This document shows, in pieces, positions 38,103-47,861 of a stretch of DNA of 64,000 nt (position 1 is the first letter of the stretch; each line of letters begins with the position of its first letter). Under the pieces are notes generated by a model. That model worked only from the letters and a program-made list of their open reading frames with translations. It made no database searches and had not been told where the DNA came from. Where the stretch lies: contig VMGE01000004.1 of NCBI GenBank assembly GCA_007376395.1, forward strand, positions 6,431 to 70,430, written 5' to 3'. This stretch comes from Microgenomates group bacterium Gr01-1014_5 (GTDB lineage Bacteria > Patescibacteriota > Microgenomatia > UBA8517 > UBA10165). Made by a program: the position numbers and the translations under genes.

Positions 38103-38396
38103 TTAACTTATCCTTACACCAATGAAGTCGATCTTGGAAAAATGGGTTCGCACCTCGCTTCTAAATTTGTCTGCTAGATTTCCCGAAAAATTAGAATAAA
38201 CCCCGCGCTCGGTTTTGCCGCAAAGCCGCGCCTCGTGCTCCCGGAGAACCGGCAAAACTCTTTTCCCTACCTTATTGAAGCGGTAAGAGTATGCATCGGG
38301 GTTTTTGACAAAATTGTCGTGTATAACCTTGAAAGAAGCAAAAAGTTCTTTATTTTGCTCAAGCATTTCCTGGACTGCCTTTTTGTATCTTGTCAC
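38103..38396 (-). CDS. hypothetical protein
   Basis: ORF only. Confidence 0.3.
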   Translation of the reverse strand: MTRYKKAVQEMLEQNKELFASFKVIHDNFVKNPDAYSYRFNKVGKRVLPVLREHEARLCGKTERGVYSNFSGNLADKFRSEVRTHFSKIDFIGVRIS

Positions 38397-38434
38397 GAAA
38401 TGTATTGTATCAGACGGGAGAGAAATGGAGTTAA

Positions 38435-38965
38435 TTATCCGGCAAAAATGCCAATTAAGTTTGCTTTGCGAACCATTTTTCTAAATTCTTCTTCTGAGTA
38501 GACGACGTCATGATGTTTGACTGTAACCCTAAAACCCTGATCTGATAATATACGTTTTGTTTTATCTGTTTTACTAAGCGAATTATTAAAAATACCTCCT
38601 ACAAGAGACTGAGCAGGGTATGCACGCGGTAGGGCATATGTATCAGTAGTTTGCGTAAAGCTTATCCTTTTGCCCCATAATCCCTTTGCCGTAAATTTTG
38701 TGTAGTATTCCCATTCGTCATACCCTCTGGGCAATGATATTTGTTCATCCGGTTGGACAAGAACTTTTCTTTCGCCGATTTGTGCCAGAACTTCCTTTGC
38801 TCTTGCTAACCGCGCGACTTCAATAAAATCCCCAAGGGTTCCTATTTTTATTTCTGGGCGGAAATGTTCTACAACAGTTTGTCTAAATCTTTCTAACCTT
38901 CCAGCCATGCAAGGATTATACTCCGGCAAACAGGCATAGTCAAAAAAACTGCAAATGTTTGACAA
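38435..38965 (-). CDS. hypothetical protein
   Basis: ORF only. Confidence 0.35.
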   Translation of the reverse strand: MSNICSFFDYACLPEYNPCMAGRLERFRQTVVEHFRPEIKIGTLGDFIEVARLARAKEVLAQIGERKVLVQPDEQISLPRGYDEWEYYTKFTAKGLWGKRISFTQTTDTYALPRAYPAQSLVGGIFNNSLSKTDKTKRILSDQGFRVTVKHHDVVYSEEEFRKMVRKANLIGIFAG

Positions 38966-39555
38966 TTAAAATGGAGTGCCTATACTATGAGACTATGGAA
39001 CTTATACTAGGTAATGTTCTTGAAGGTGTTAACCCGGAAAATCTATCTTCACGCGCAATGTGGAATAAGATCAATGCAATTATTGATGTTGATCAAGAAG
39101 CGGCAAGAAGCTTTGCAGGGGTAATGGTTCACCCAACTCTTAAAGGAAAAACAAAGCAGGAAATTATAGAAGGTTTGAAACAGAGAGGTGGAGATTTAAT
39201 AAGAACAAGTGTTATGACAGGACATCTCGAAACATGCTTAGATTGCGGAAAGCATTATGTAGCCGGTTCAATTGAATTAGAACGGGTAATGCCGGATGAT
39301 TCTACCCAAAATCCATATATAGAAAGAGGGCCAAATTACACAAGAGTTACATCGTTCGTAGATGCAATAAATTGGAAAAGGAAAAGAAAAGACCAGAGAA
39401 CATTTTCTATTCCCGCTGCTGTAGGACACGCAATGCAAATACATAATAGTTGTGCAGCAAGGTTTAGGGCGCCAGCCAGCGAAGATTACCCTGTACTTGT
39501 TAATAAGACGTCGAGTATAAACCCCCATGAACTTAAGACATTTTTAGGGGTATAA
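38959..39555 (+). CDS. hypothetical protein
   Basis: ORF only. One CxxC. Confidence 0.35.
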   Translation: MTIKMECLYYETMELILGNVLEGVNPENLSSRAMWNKINAIIDVDQEAARSFAGVMVHPTLKGKTKQEIIEGLKQRGGDLIRTSVMTGHLETCLDCGKHYVAGSIELERVMPDDSTQNPYIERGPNYTRVTSFVDAINWKRKRKDQRTFSIPAAVGHAMQIHNSCAARFRAPASEDYPVLVNKTSSINPHELKTFLGV

Positions 39556-39572
39556 TATCTCTACCTTTCTAA

Positions 39573-39989
39573 ATGAAAAAGTATTTAATTATTCTGCTTC
39601 TTGTAACGTCAGGCGTTTTGGCTTTTGGAGGTAATAACTTTGCATTTTTGAAATCAACATTGTCTCCCGCTATGCCAGCTTCCGAAGTTGCCCGCGAGGT
39701 GAAGAAAGCAACTGTCGAAATTGTCGATAGAGGTGAGTTGCGAAAATATCCGGATCTTGAGTTTAAAGAGGGTGAAACAGCGCTTGGCTTAACCCGCTTA
39801 GTCGTGGAAGTTGAGACCAAAGGGGAAGGGGAACAAGCATTTGTAACCGCAATTAGCGGAAAGTTAGCCGATTCGGTCAAGAAAGAATTTTGGTCGTTTT
39901 TAGTCAACGGTAAAATGGCAGAGACAGGGGCGGGAAGTTATAAAGTGCAAAATGGCGACACAATTACTTGGAAGATATCCACATTTTGA
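39573..39989 (+). CDS. secreted DUF4430-like small protein
   Basis: Signal peptide. C-terminal YKVQNGDTITWKI resembles DUF4430 domains found beside ECF S-components. Confidence 0.35.
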   Translation: MKKYLIILLLVTSGVLAFGGNNFAFLKSTLSPAMPASEVAREVKKATVEIVDRGELRKYPDLEFKEGETALGLTRLVVEVETKGEGEQAFVTAISGKLADSVKKEFWSFLVNGKMAETGAGSYKVQNGDTITWKISTF

Positions 39990-40507
39990 TGTTAATTTAC
40001 GGACTTATTGCACTAGGCGCGTTATTTAGAATCGTTTCGCACCTTTCTGGATTTGAAATTTTTCCACCAAACTTTGCGCCGATTGGGGCAATGGCTCTCT
40101 TTGGCGGTTTTTACCTTCCGCGGAAGATGAGTATAGTTATGCCGCTCGCGGCTATGTTTATCTCGGATTTAGTTATCGGATTTTACTCGCTTCCCGTAAT
40201 GTTCTCAGTTTACATAAGTTTTATTTTAATTAACTTTATTGGACAAGCACTGAGACAAAAGAAAAACACAGTTTTGACTTTTGGCGGGGTAATTAGTTCT
40301 TCTGTTTTGTTCTTTTTAGTTACAAACTTTGCTGTTTGGGCAATACCGAATTCTATGTACAGCCACAACTTCCAAGGATTACTCGCAAGCTATATTGCAG
40401 GTTTGCCATTTTTGAAATTTACTTTAGCAGGAGACCTTTTCTTTAATGGTTTGTTTTTTACAGCCTATGCTTTAGGAAGCCAGAAGAAGTTTTTAAGAGC
40501 TTTTTAG
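39968..40507 (+). CDS. small polytopic membrane protein, ECF-transporter S-component-like
   Basis: About 6 TM helices, 179 aa. Overlaps the preceding gene. Confidence 0.35.
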   Translation: MEDIHILMLIYGLIALGALFRIVSHLSGFEIFPPNFAPIGAMALFGGFYLPRKMSIVMPLAAMFISDLVIGFYSLPVMFSVYISFILINFIGQALRQKKNTVLTFGGVISSSVLFFLVTNFAVWAIPNSMYSHNFQGLLASYIAGLPFLKFTLAGDLFFNGLFFTAYALGSQKKFLRAF

Positions 40508-40560
40508 GGTTTGTAAATTGATATGTAGAGAAAGTTGCAAACGTAGCATATAATTCCTAC

Positions 40561-41694
40561 ATGAGTTTAGAAAACAGAATCGGGATTGTTGGCGGCGGTC
40601 AGTTGGGTCGAATGATGACTTTGGATGCCAAGCGTTTGGGATTTGAGGTAATAGTGGTTGACTCAACACCAAACAGTCCCGCAAAGCAAGTTGGCGCTGA
40701 GCAGATTGTTGCACCTCTTACAGACGAAGCCGCAACAAGGCAATTGGCTGAGGTTTCCGACTTTCTCACTTTTGAAATAGAACACATTAACACAGACGTG
40801 CTTCGTGAACTAAGAGAAAGTGGAATAAGAGTAAATCCTTCTCCGGAAACATTAGAGACGATTAAAGATAAGTTAAATCAAAAACGATTTCTTCAAGGTT
40901 GGGGTATACCAGTTGTTGAGTTCTCCGAAGTGACCGACAGAGACGGAGCATTGGAAGTAGCCAGTTTGTTTGGTTTTCCCTTTGTTCTCAAGTCTCGTTT
41001 TGGCGGTTACGACGGGAGGGGGAATTTGGTGGTTATGGACGGAAAGGAGCTTGATTGGGCTCTGGAAAAATTTGGAAAGCAACCGCTCTATGCAGAGAGA
41101 TACGTTCGTCTTGAAAAAGAGCTAGCTATAATGGTTGCCAGAAGCATGAGTGGGGAAATAGTGACTTATCCTGTAGTTGAAACTATTCATAGAAACAACA
41201 TCTGCCATATCGTGCTTGCTCCTGCGCCTGTTGACATAAAGGTATATCAACAAGCGGAGAATATTAGTAGGGAAATAATGCGACATCTTAAAGGAGCCGG
41301 TGTGTTTGGAATCGAGATGTTTATGACAAGAGACGGAGAGGTTCTTGTCAATGAATTAGCGCCTCGTGTACATAATTCCGGTCATTATACAATTGAGGCT
41401 TGCAGAACCTCGCAGTTTGAACAGCATGTGCGGGCAATAACAGGCCTGCCGCTTGGTAGTACAGAGATGACAGTGCCGGCCGCTGTAATGGTAAATATTT
41501 TAGGCGATAGACAAGGGAAAGCTCAGGTTCTTGGCCTTAACGAAGTATTAAAAATCCGTAACGCAGGTGTGCACATCTACGGGAAGGCAGAAACAAAACC
41601 AGAGAGGAAAATGGGCCATATTACCGTAGTTGCAGACAGTATCGAAGAAGCTCGAAGAAACGCCGAATTAGCAAGAAGTTTAATTTCAATTTAA
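40561..41694 (+). CDS. purK: N5-carboxyaminoimidazole ribonucleotide synthase
   Basis: IGIVGGGQLGRMM. ATP-grasp core. Length fits PurK. Confidence 0.8.
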   Translation: MSLENRIGIVGGGQLGRMMTLDAKRLGFEVIVVDSTPNSPAKQVGAEQIVAPLTDEAATRQLAEVSDFLTFEIEHINTDVLRELRESGIRVNPSPETLETIKDKLNQKRFLQGWGIPVVEFSEVTDRDGALEVASLFGFPFVLKSRFGGYDGRGNLVVMDGKELDWALEKFGKQPLYAERYVRLEKELAIMVARSMSGEIVTYPVVETIHRNNICHIVLAPAPVDIKVYQQAENISREIMRHLKGAGVFGIEMFMTRDGEVLVNELAPRVHNSGHYTIEACRTSQFEQHVRAITGLPLGSTEMTVPAAVMVNILGDRQGKAQVLGLNEVLKIRNAGVHIYGKAETKPERKMGHITVVADSIEEARRNAELARSLISI

Positions 41695-41736
41695 ACATAA
41701 TTTGACAGAGAGTAAAAATTTGCTTATTGTTAAACA

Positions 41737-42699
41737 ATGCCCAAGAACTCTAAAACACAAGCCGGTATAGTTCACTTACTAACACTTCTTGTCATAGCAG
41801 GATTGGGTTTATTTGTTGCAGGTAATATTCCAACCACGAAAAATCTAGCTTCAACCCAAAGCGTTTTAGGAGAAAACGAAGAAGCTAAAAAGGCTGAAGA
41901 ACAGGCAAAAGAAGTAGCCAAGAAAACAGAAGAACGGCAAAAAGAAGACAGTAAATCAAATTCTGGTTCGGGAAACCCTAAAAAATCTGAGTCAGAAACT
42001 ATTTCTTCAACAGGCACAAAATCGAAAACCAAGATAGAAGGTAATAAGCAAGAAACAGAGATAGAAACTGCCGATGGGCAAAAAATCAAGACAAAGGTCG
42101 AAGACGACGGTACTGCAAAGGTAGAAATTGAGCGCGGTCAGCTTAAGGTAAAGTATGTATTCGAAAACGGTGTGTTAAAACTAAAGGCGGAGAATGAAAG
42201 TGGCAAAGAAGTGGAATTGGAAGACGACGAGCTTGACGAAGTTGAATCAGAGCTGGAAGACGATGGAATTAAAATTGCCTCAGCCTCAGGCAGACCTGTT
42301 CTTTCGAGAAATAAAATTGGAGCGCAAACCGATTTCCCGCTTTCAATTGATATTGGAACCAATCAGTTGATAGTTAGTACTCCGGCAGGGCAAAAAGTAG
42401 TTACAGTTTTACCCGATCAGGCGGTGCAAAATTTACTGGCGACTAATATTATAAATAGTGTAGATTCTACAGGCACGGATGCTGCAGGAGAGTTGGGGGC
42501 GTTGGATAGCGTAGTAAAGCTGGAGATGAGAAACGACGAAGTTGTCTATAGGGTCAAGGGAGTAAAGACACGAAGATTATTTGGGTTGTTTAGCGTCAAC
42601 AATTCCACCACTGTCTTTGTGTCTAGTGAAAGCGGACTGCCTGTTGCCCAAGAACAATCTTTGCTGGCTAATATAGTCGACTCCCTTTCTCCTCAATAA
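41737..42699 (+). CDS. secreted hypothetical protein with Lys/Glu-rich region
   Basis: N-terminal TM/signal. Low-complexity charged repeats. Confidence 0.4.
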   Translation: MPKNSKTQAGIVHLLTLLVIAGLGLFVAGNIPTTKNLASTQSVLGENEEAKKAEEQAKEVAKKTEERQKEDSKSNSGSGNPKKSESETISSTGTKSKTKIEGNKQETEIETADGQKIKTKVEDDGTAKVEIERGQLKVKYVFENGVLKLKAENESGKEVELEDDELDEVESELEDDGIKIASASGRPVLSRNKIGAQTDFPLSIDIGTNQLIVSTPAGQKVVTVLPDQAVQNLLATNIINSVDSTGTDAAGELGALDSVVKLEMRNDEVVYRVKGVKTRRLFGLFSVNNSTTVFVSSESGLPVAQEQSLLANIVDSLSPQ

Positions 42700-42704
42700 C
42701 CTTC

Positions 42705-42923
42705 TTAAGGTAGTTTTGAAGTAATTTCTTCGATTTCCGGATAGCGGCCTTGTTCATGTTTTGAAAAAACCAGTTTGTCGTTTACCCAAACATCAAACAC
42801 GCCTCGGTCGCCTTCAACAAGTTCAACCTCACCCCCTTTTTCTTCTAGAGCTTTTTTAAATTCTTCTGCTTTAGCAAGGTATCCGCACGGAACACAGTAC
42901 TTAATTTTAATTTTTGTTGTCAT
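42705..42923 (-). CDS. Rdx-family (SelW/SelT-like) redox protein, Cys form
   Basis: KIKYCVPCGY places CxxC at the Rdx position. 72 aa. Confidence 0.6.
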   Translation of the reverse strand: MTTKIKIKYCVPCGYLAKAEEFKKALEEKGGEVELVEGDRGVFDVWVNDKLVFSKHEQGRYPEIEEITSKLP

Positions 42924-42956
42924 AAGTAATTATAGTATTATTTACTCAAGATATAT

Positions 42957-44066
42957 ATGGCTGGAAAACCAATAACATATGCATCAACAGGCGTCAATTA
43001 TGGCGCCATGGATCCTTTTAAAAGATTAGCTCAACTTCGAGCTAGAGCCACCGCTCGAAACCTTGAACGCTTTGGCATGAGAGAAGTAGAAGCAAGCCGC
43101 GGTGAATCAGCTTATGTTTGGGAAGAGCCTGATAGTTTTAGAGCATTTGTTATAGAAGGGTTAGGAACTAAAAATAGAGTTGCAGATGAAACGAGAAAAA
43201 TAACTGGTAAAACTTATTATGATGCGCTTGCTCAAGATACAGTTGCCATGATTGTAAATGACTTAATTGTGGTTGGAGCAGAACCCCAAGTAATTAATGC
43301 TTATTTTGCGGTGGGAAGTTCAGACTGGTTTTTAGACGAAGAACGGGCAAGAGATTTAGTTGAAGGCTGGGCTAAGGCGTGTAGTCTTGCCGGAGCAGTT
43401 TGGGGAGGTGGAGAAACACCTACATTAAAAGGAATTATAGAACCTGATACTATTGATTTATCTGGTTCGGCTGTTGGCATAATAAAGCCCAAAGAGCGTT
43501 TAACATTAGGAGAAAAATTAACTCCAGGTGACGCGATTTTATTGGTTGAAAGTAGTGGAATTCATGCAAATAGCTTAACTCTGGTCAGAAAAATTGCCTC
43601 AAAACTTCCTGATGGGTATGCAACTCCTTTACCGGGTGGAATTAGCTATGGTGAATCCATCCTTGCCCCTACACACATTTATGCAGGTTTGGTAAGAGAT
43701 TTATTTGAAGCGGAGATAGACATTCATTATATGGTCAATATTACAGGTCATGGTTGGAGAAAATTGATGAGGGCTACCAGAGATTTGAGTTATGTAATTG
43801 ACCAAATTCCAGAACCTCAGCCTGTTTTTGGGTTTATTCAAAAACACTCGGGTAATGACGATACTGAGATGTATGGAAATTTCAACATGGGAGCAGGTTT
43901 TGCAATCTTTTTACCGGAAAAGGCTGTTGGATTGGCTCAACAAATTGCTGTGGAAAACCATTCACTGAGTTCATTAAGGGCAGGTTGTGTCGAAGAAGGG
44001 CAAAAACAGGTTGTTATCCGACCCAAAAATGTAATTTTCAAAGGCGAGACACTAGGTGTTCGTTAA
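42957..44066 (+). CDS. purM: AIR synthetase (phosphoribosylformylglycinamidine cyclo-ligase)
   Basis: YASTGVNYGAMD, EGLGTKNRVA and DTVAMIVNDLIVVGAEP align with PurM blocks. Confidence 0.75.
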   Translation: MAGKPITYASTGVNYGAMDPFKRLAQLRARATARNLERFGMREVEASRGESAYVWEEPDSFRAFVIEGLGTKNRVADETRKITGKTYYDALAQDTVAMIVNDLIVVGAEPQVINAYFAVGSSDWFLDEERARDLVEGWAKACSLAGAVWGGGETPTLKGIIEPDTIDLSGSAVGIIKPKERLTLGEKLTPGDAILLVESSGIHANSLTLVRKIASKLPDGYATPLPGGISYGESILAPTHIYAGLVRDLFEAEIDIHYMVNITGHGWRKLMRATRDLSYVIDQIPEPQPVFGFIQKHSGNDDTEMYGNFNMGAGFAIFLPEKAVGLAQQIAVENHSLSSLRAGCVEEGQKQVVIRPKNVIFKGETLGVR

Positions 44067-44152
44067 GCTTCTAACATACTCCTCCATCAGTACCGCAAGA
44101 ACCGCCAAAGTTTTTTGTTGTCAAGAACTGGTTCAAATGAGATAATACGCGC

Positions 44153-44683
44153 ATGCAGCTAAAAAATGTTTTTGCCTTTATTGACGCCCAAAATTTAAAT
44201 CTTGGGGTACGCTCGCAGGGGTGGAAGTTGGACTGGCGTAAGTTCAGACAATATCTACGCCATAAATATGTTGTGGTTAAGGCATATCTTTTTATTGGTC
44301 AAGTAGCCGGAAACGAAGCTTTATACACCTTTTTACAGGAAAGTGGCTATATTTTAATTTTCAAACCCACGATGGAGCTACCCGATAAGATGGTAAAGGG
44401 AAATGTCGATGCGGAGCTGGTTTTACATTCGATGATACAGTATAAGAATTATAGTAAGGCCATTATTGTTTCAGGAGACGGAGATTTTCATTGTTTAGTT
44501 GAGTACTTAGATCAGCAAGGGAAACTTCTACACATTCTCACCCCAAATAGACACTATTCTGGACTTTTGAGAAAATTTAACCAACATGTAGTACGAGTAG
44601 ATCTGCTTAGAAGCTCTTTAGAATTAAGCGGAGCTTTTCTTCGAATAAAAAAGACCGAGATCAGCGGTCGGTCGAAACCTTAG
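44153..44683 (+). CDS. NYN/LabA-like PIN-domain protein
   Basis: FIDAQNLNL...IIVSGDGDF. Confidence 0.65.
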   Translation: MQLKNVFAFIDAQNLNLGVRSQGWKLDWRKFRQYLRHKYVVVKAYLFIGQVAGNEALYTFLQESGYILIFKPTMELPDKMVKGNVDAELVLHSMIQYKNYSKAIIVSGDGDFHCLVEYLDQQGKLLHILTPNRHYSGLLRKFNQHVVRVDLLRSSLELSGAFLRIKKTEISGRSKP

Positions 44684-44760
44684 GCTGCTTAGCTCGGTCA
44701 TCGTGATAATAGTATGATACTACAAATATATAGGAAAATCAAGTTAGAAGGGCTAGAAAC

Positions 44761-45069
44761 ATGAGTCTAAAAGTTGGGATAGTAGGTTTGCCAAATGTTG
44801 GGAAAAGCACGTTGTTTAACGCACTCTTAAAAAAACAACAGGCATATGTTGCGAATTTTCCGTTTGCTACCATTGAGCCGAATGTCGGTATTGTTCCGGT
44901 TCCTGACGCAAGGCTGGATGAATTGGCGCGAGTTGTCATGGCCTCTGAAAACATGGGAAGCGTACCACCTAAAGTTCCCGCAACCGTAGAGTTTGTTGAT
45001 ATCGCAGGCCTAATTGCCGGCGCACACAAAGGCGAAGGTTTGGGTAATAAATTTTTAACTCTAAATTAA
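44761..45069 (+). pseudogene. ychF: 5' fragment of a divergent ychF copy (encodes residues 1-98)
   Basis: [23 protein letters not shown]...[14 protein letters not shown] is about 80-85% nucleotide-identical to the start of full-length ychF at 47862. Similarity ends near 45055, followed by TLN*. Confidence 0.75.
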
Positions 45070-45095
45070 TTAGCTTTTATATTAAACAAAATTAT

Positions 45096-45338
45096 AGTGT
45101 CCTTGGAATTGATGGTGGGATAAATTTTACTACTGATCTGATTGATAAACTACCCTTTCCAGACTTTAACCCAAAAGACACAAAAAATAGAATTATTGAG
45201 TTAACTAATAATATTTTGAATTCTAAAGTTGAAGGTAAGGTAAAAATATTCAAATCTCAGATTGATGAATTGATTTACAAACTCTACGGCCTCACGTCGG
45301 AAGAAATTGCAATTGTGGAAAATTCAAATAATAAATAA
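45096..45338 (+). pseudogene. 3' remnant of an N6-adenine DNA methyltransferase (type IIG/BREX-like) gene
   Basis: Frame without a start codon encodes ...IDELIYKLYGLTSEEIAIVENSNNK*, the characteristic C-terminal LYGLTxEEIxxIE motif. Confidence 0.5.
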
Positions 45339-45343
45339 TTTTT

Positions 45344-45691
45344 ATGTCAAACAAATATGGCATTTCTGAAAAAGAATTAATAAAGATTAGGGAAAGAGAC
45401 AAGACTTGTGTGTATTGTCACAAAGTAATGATCGATCCTAGATCAAGGGGTAGGCGAATCGATTGGGCGACAATTGAACATTTAAACTTTATGCCCCCAT
45501 GGAACAACGCTTCTACTGTTGCAATCTGCTGTTGGAGTTGTAACTCAAGTCGTGGTAGCAAGAAATTGTTGGATTGGTTTAAAGGAGAATATTGTTTGAT
45601 TAAGAAAATAAATGAAAAGACTGTAGCCAAGCCCGTCAGAGAATTTATCAAAGTTCAAGTAAAATCGGTATTGACAATATTATCGAATTAG
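45344..45691 (+). CDS. HNH-type nuclease
   Basis: CVYCHK...IEHL...CCWSCNSSRG Cys/His pattern. Confidence 0.5.
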   Translation: MSNKYGISEKELIKIRERDKTCVYCHKVMIDPRSRGRRIDWATIEHLNFMPPWNNASTVAICCWSCNSSRGSKKLLDWFKGEYCLIKKINEKTVAKPVREFIKVQVKSVLTILSN

Positions 45692-45727
45692 TGTAATATC
45701 GATAACAAGGAAATACTAATTATCGAT

Positions 45728-46912
45728 ATGAATATTATTAATAATCGAGCAGGTATATACAAAAAAATCTTATCAGGGAATATTGCATACAAAGCATTTG
45801 TTCCTAATTTTTTGCCACTCTATCCGTCAATAAAGATGGATGACACGATTCAAATGCTATTATCTAACGCGGATAGAGCGATAGGTGGCCTTAATATAGT
45901 TACCGAACTATTGCCGGATTCAGATTATTTTATCCTTTCGTATTTAAGAAAAGAAGCTACTTTATCAAGCCAAATTGAAGGTACAAAAGCTACCTTTATT
46001 GATGTTGCTAAAGCAGAGGCAGGAGAGATAGATAGAGAAACTCCTCAGGATTACCCTGAAATCGTTAATTATATTAATGCTATAAATTATGGACTAAAAA
46101 GAATTCGTGAAGATGATTTTCCTATGGCATTACGTTTACTTAGAGAGATTCATGAAAGAATTTTAAAAGAAGTTCGTGGTCAATATAAAACTCCGGGAGA
46201 ATTTAGAAAATCACAAAATTGGATTGGCGGTGCATCTATCAACACAGCATCATATATACCTCCAACGGCTGAGGATATGAACGCAGCACTAGATAACTTG
46301 GAAAATTTTATGAACGACAAAAAACCAATGCCCGTACTAATTAGAATAGGATTAATTCATTCACAGTTCGAAACAATTCATCCCTTTTTAGATGGAAATG
46401 GTAGAGTTGGAAGACTCATGATTACTTTATTGTTATGCCATTATGGTTTGTTACCAAAACCAGCCCTTTATTTATCAGAGTATTTCAAAGCTTTTAGGAA
46501 TGAGTATTACGATAGATTAAACGCTGTACACGAAAAGGGAGATTTTGAAGGTTGGTTAAAATACTTTTTAGAAGGTGTTTGGTTGGTTGCAGAAGAGGCT
46601 ACAAGTACAGCTATGAAAATTAAAGCTTTAAAGGATAGAGATATTATGAAACTATCGGGTTTAAGCGCTCAAACTTCGCGTAATGCGATTAAATTACTTG
46701 AGAATTTATTTAGTAGCCCTATCATGACAGTGAAAGACGTTTCAAAATACACAGGATTGTCTTATGCTAACGCAAATAACCTTGTTAAAAAGTTAATAGA
46801 TTTAAAAATACTAGAACCTCTTGTTGAAAGAAAAAGGAACAGAGTTTTTGCTTATTCTGAGTATATGAACCTATTTAAAAATAGAGAATCTTATAAAAGA
46901 CAATTAAACTAA
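45728..46912 (+). CDS. Fic-family protein with C-terminal winged helix
   Basis: HPFLDGNGRVGRLM Fic motif. Upstream inhibitory-helix-like region. Confidence 0.85.
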   Translation: MNIINNRAGIYKKILSGNIAYKAFVPNFLPLYPSIKMDDTIQMLLSNADRAIGGLNIVTELLPDSDYFILSYLRKEATLSSQIEGTKATFIDVAKAEAGEIDRETPQDYPEIVNYINAINYGLKRIREDDFPMALRLLREIHERILKEVRGQYKTPGEFRKSQNWIGGASINTASYIPPTAEDMNAALDNLENFMNDKKPMPVLIRIGLIHSQFETIHPFLDGNGRVGRLMITLLLCHYGLLPKPALYLSEYFKAFRNEYYDRLNAVHEKGDFEGWLKYFLEGVWLVAEEATSTAMKIKALKDRDIMKLSGLSAQTSRNAIKLLENLFSSPIMTVKDVSKYTGLSYANANNLVKKLIDLKILEPLVERKRNRVFAYSEYMNLFKNRESYKRQLN

Positions 46913-46967
46913 TATGTCTAAATATTACCCTCCAAACAGAACACAGGAAGATATTTAGCTTCATAAC

Positions 46968-47003
46968 TGATAAAATACTCAAATGTCATTAAAAGTTGGG
47001 ATA
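46968..47003 (+). repeat. 36-nt copy of the ychF upstream region plus first 7 codons (att-like direct repeat)
   Basis: TGATAAAATACTCAAATGTCATTAAAAGTTGGGATA against TGATAGAATGATCAAATGTCATTAAAAGTAGGAATA at 47847-47882, 31/36 identical. Confidence 0.7.
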
Positions 47004-47143
47004 CGCCACACGCTATCCTATCTTTAGACTTCAGCTTCAAATTCTCACTTCCTGATCCTAAAAAGCAAAGGATTATTCTTCAGAGAGACGCTAAAGGTCG
47101 AATTTTACATTCAACTACTCAAACCTAAGCTTTTTGTCTAGTC

Positions 47144-47818
47144 TTATTCTGATATTTTCCAACGTTCTGTATCAACTAAAATTATTTTTGGTTGTTCGCT
47201 GGTGATTATGTATCCAAAATTGTCAGTATCAAAAACTCCCACTTCGTGTAATTTATCGACGATTTCATTATATTCCTTTTCCCAACTGGTTCCCCTCATT
47301 TCAAAACGGGGAGAATTTGATAGAGTTGGATAATATCTATATATCATATAGTTCTTTGTTGAATTAGCATCAGTATAATAAGCTAGTAATTGCTCTACTG
47401 GCAAATCTTCAGAATAGGCTTGCTTATAGCGTTTACTGGCTTCATTGACGATTCTAATTTGAGCTAATGGAATATTTGCCTCTAAGCGTCTCTTATACCA
47501 AGGTTCCCCTTTTTCGTTGTGGACGTCATAAGTAGAATATGCCATCTCTTTCACTAGAATTTCTGTATTACCAATTGAAAACTTTTCTACTCTCCTGGTT
47601 GATTTGCTTATTTCTTCTCCACCCTTATTTTTCCAATTAAGTGGAATTCCATTTTTTCGCCAAGGTGTTTCTGCTAATAATAGTTCCTGAAAATCTGCAG
47701 ATAAATCAGGTGGAAGAGATTTTAATACGAATAGATGTCCATCAGTGAATTTGACCCTTTCGAAATGAGGCCACTGAATCGTTGGAGTTGTATTATCGAC
47801 ACCCTCTGACATAATCAC
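47144..47818 (-). CDS. hypothetical protein (224 aa), cargo of the segment bounded by the 36-nt repeats
   Basis: ORF only. Possible kinase-like ILVDTERW. Confidence 0.4.
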   Translation of the reverse strand: MIMSEGVDNTTPTIQWPHFERVKFTDGHLFVLKSLPPDLSADFQELLLAETPWRKNGIPLNWKNKGGEEISKSTRRVEKFSIGNTEILVKEMAYSTYDVHNEKGEPWYKRRLEANIPLAQIRIVNEASKRYKQAYSEDLPVEQLLAYYTDANSTKNYMIYRYYPTLSNSPRFEMRGTSWEKEYNEIVDKLHEVGVFDTDNFGYIITSEQPKIILVDTERWKISE

Positions 47819-47861
47819 AATTATATATTAAATAATTGTGAAAATTTGATAGAATGATCAA

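Larger units (their letters stand above)
45056..47846 (+). mobile_element. composite insertion(s) at the 5' end of ychF (two cargo segments separated by an internal ychF-start repeat)
   Basis: Three copies of the ychF 5' boundary at 44761, 46983 and 47862. Cargo is a methyltransferase remnant, HNH, Fic and an unknown gene. No integrase seen. Confidence 0.45.
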
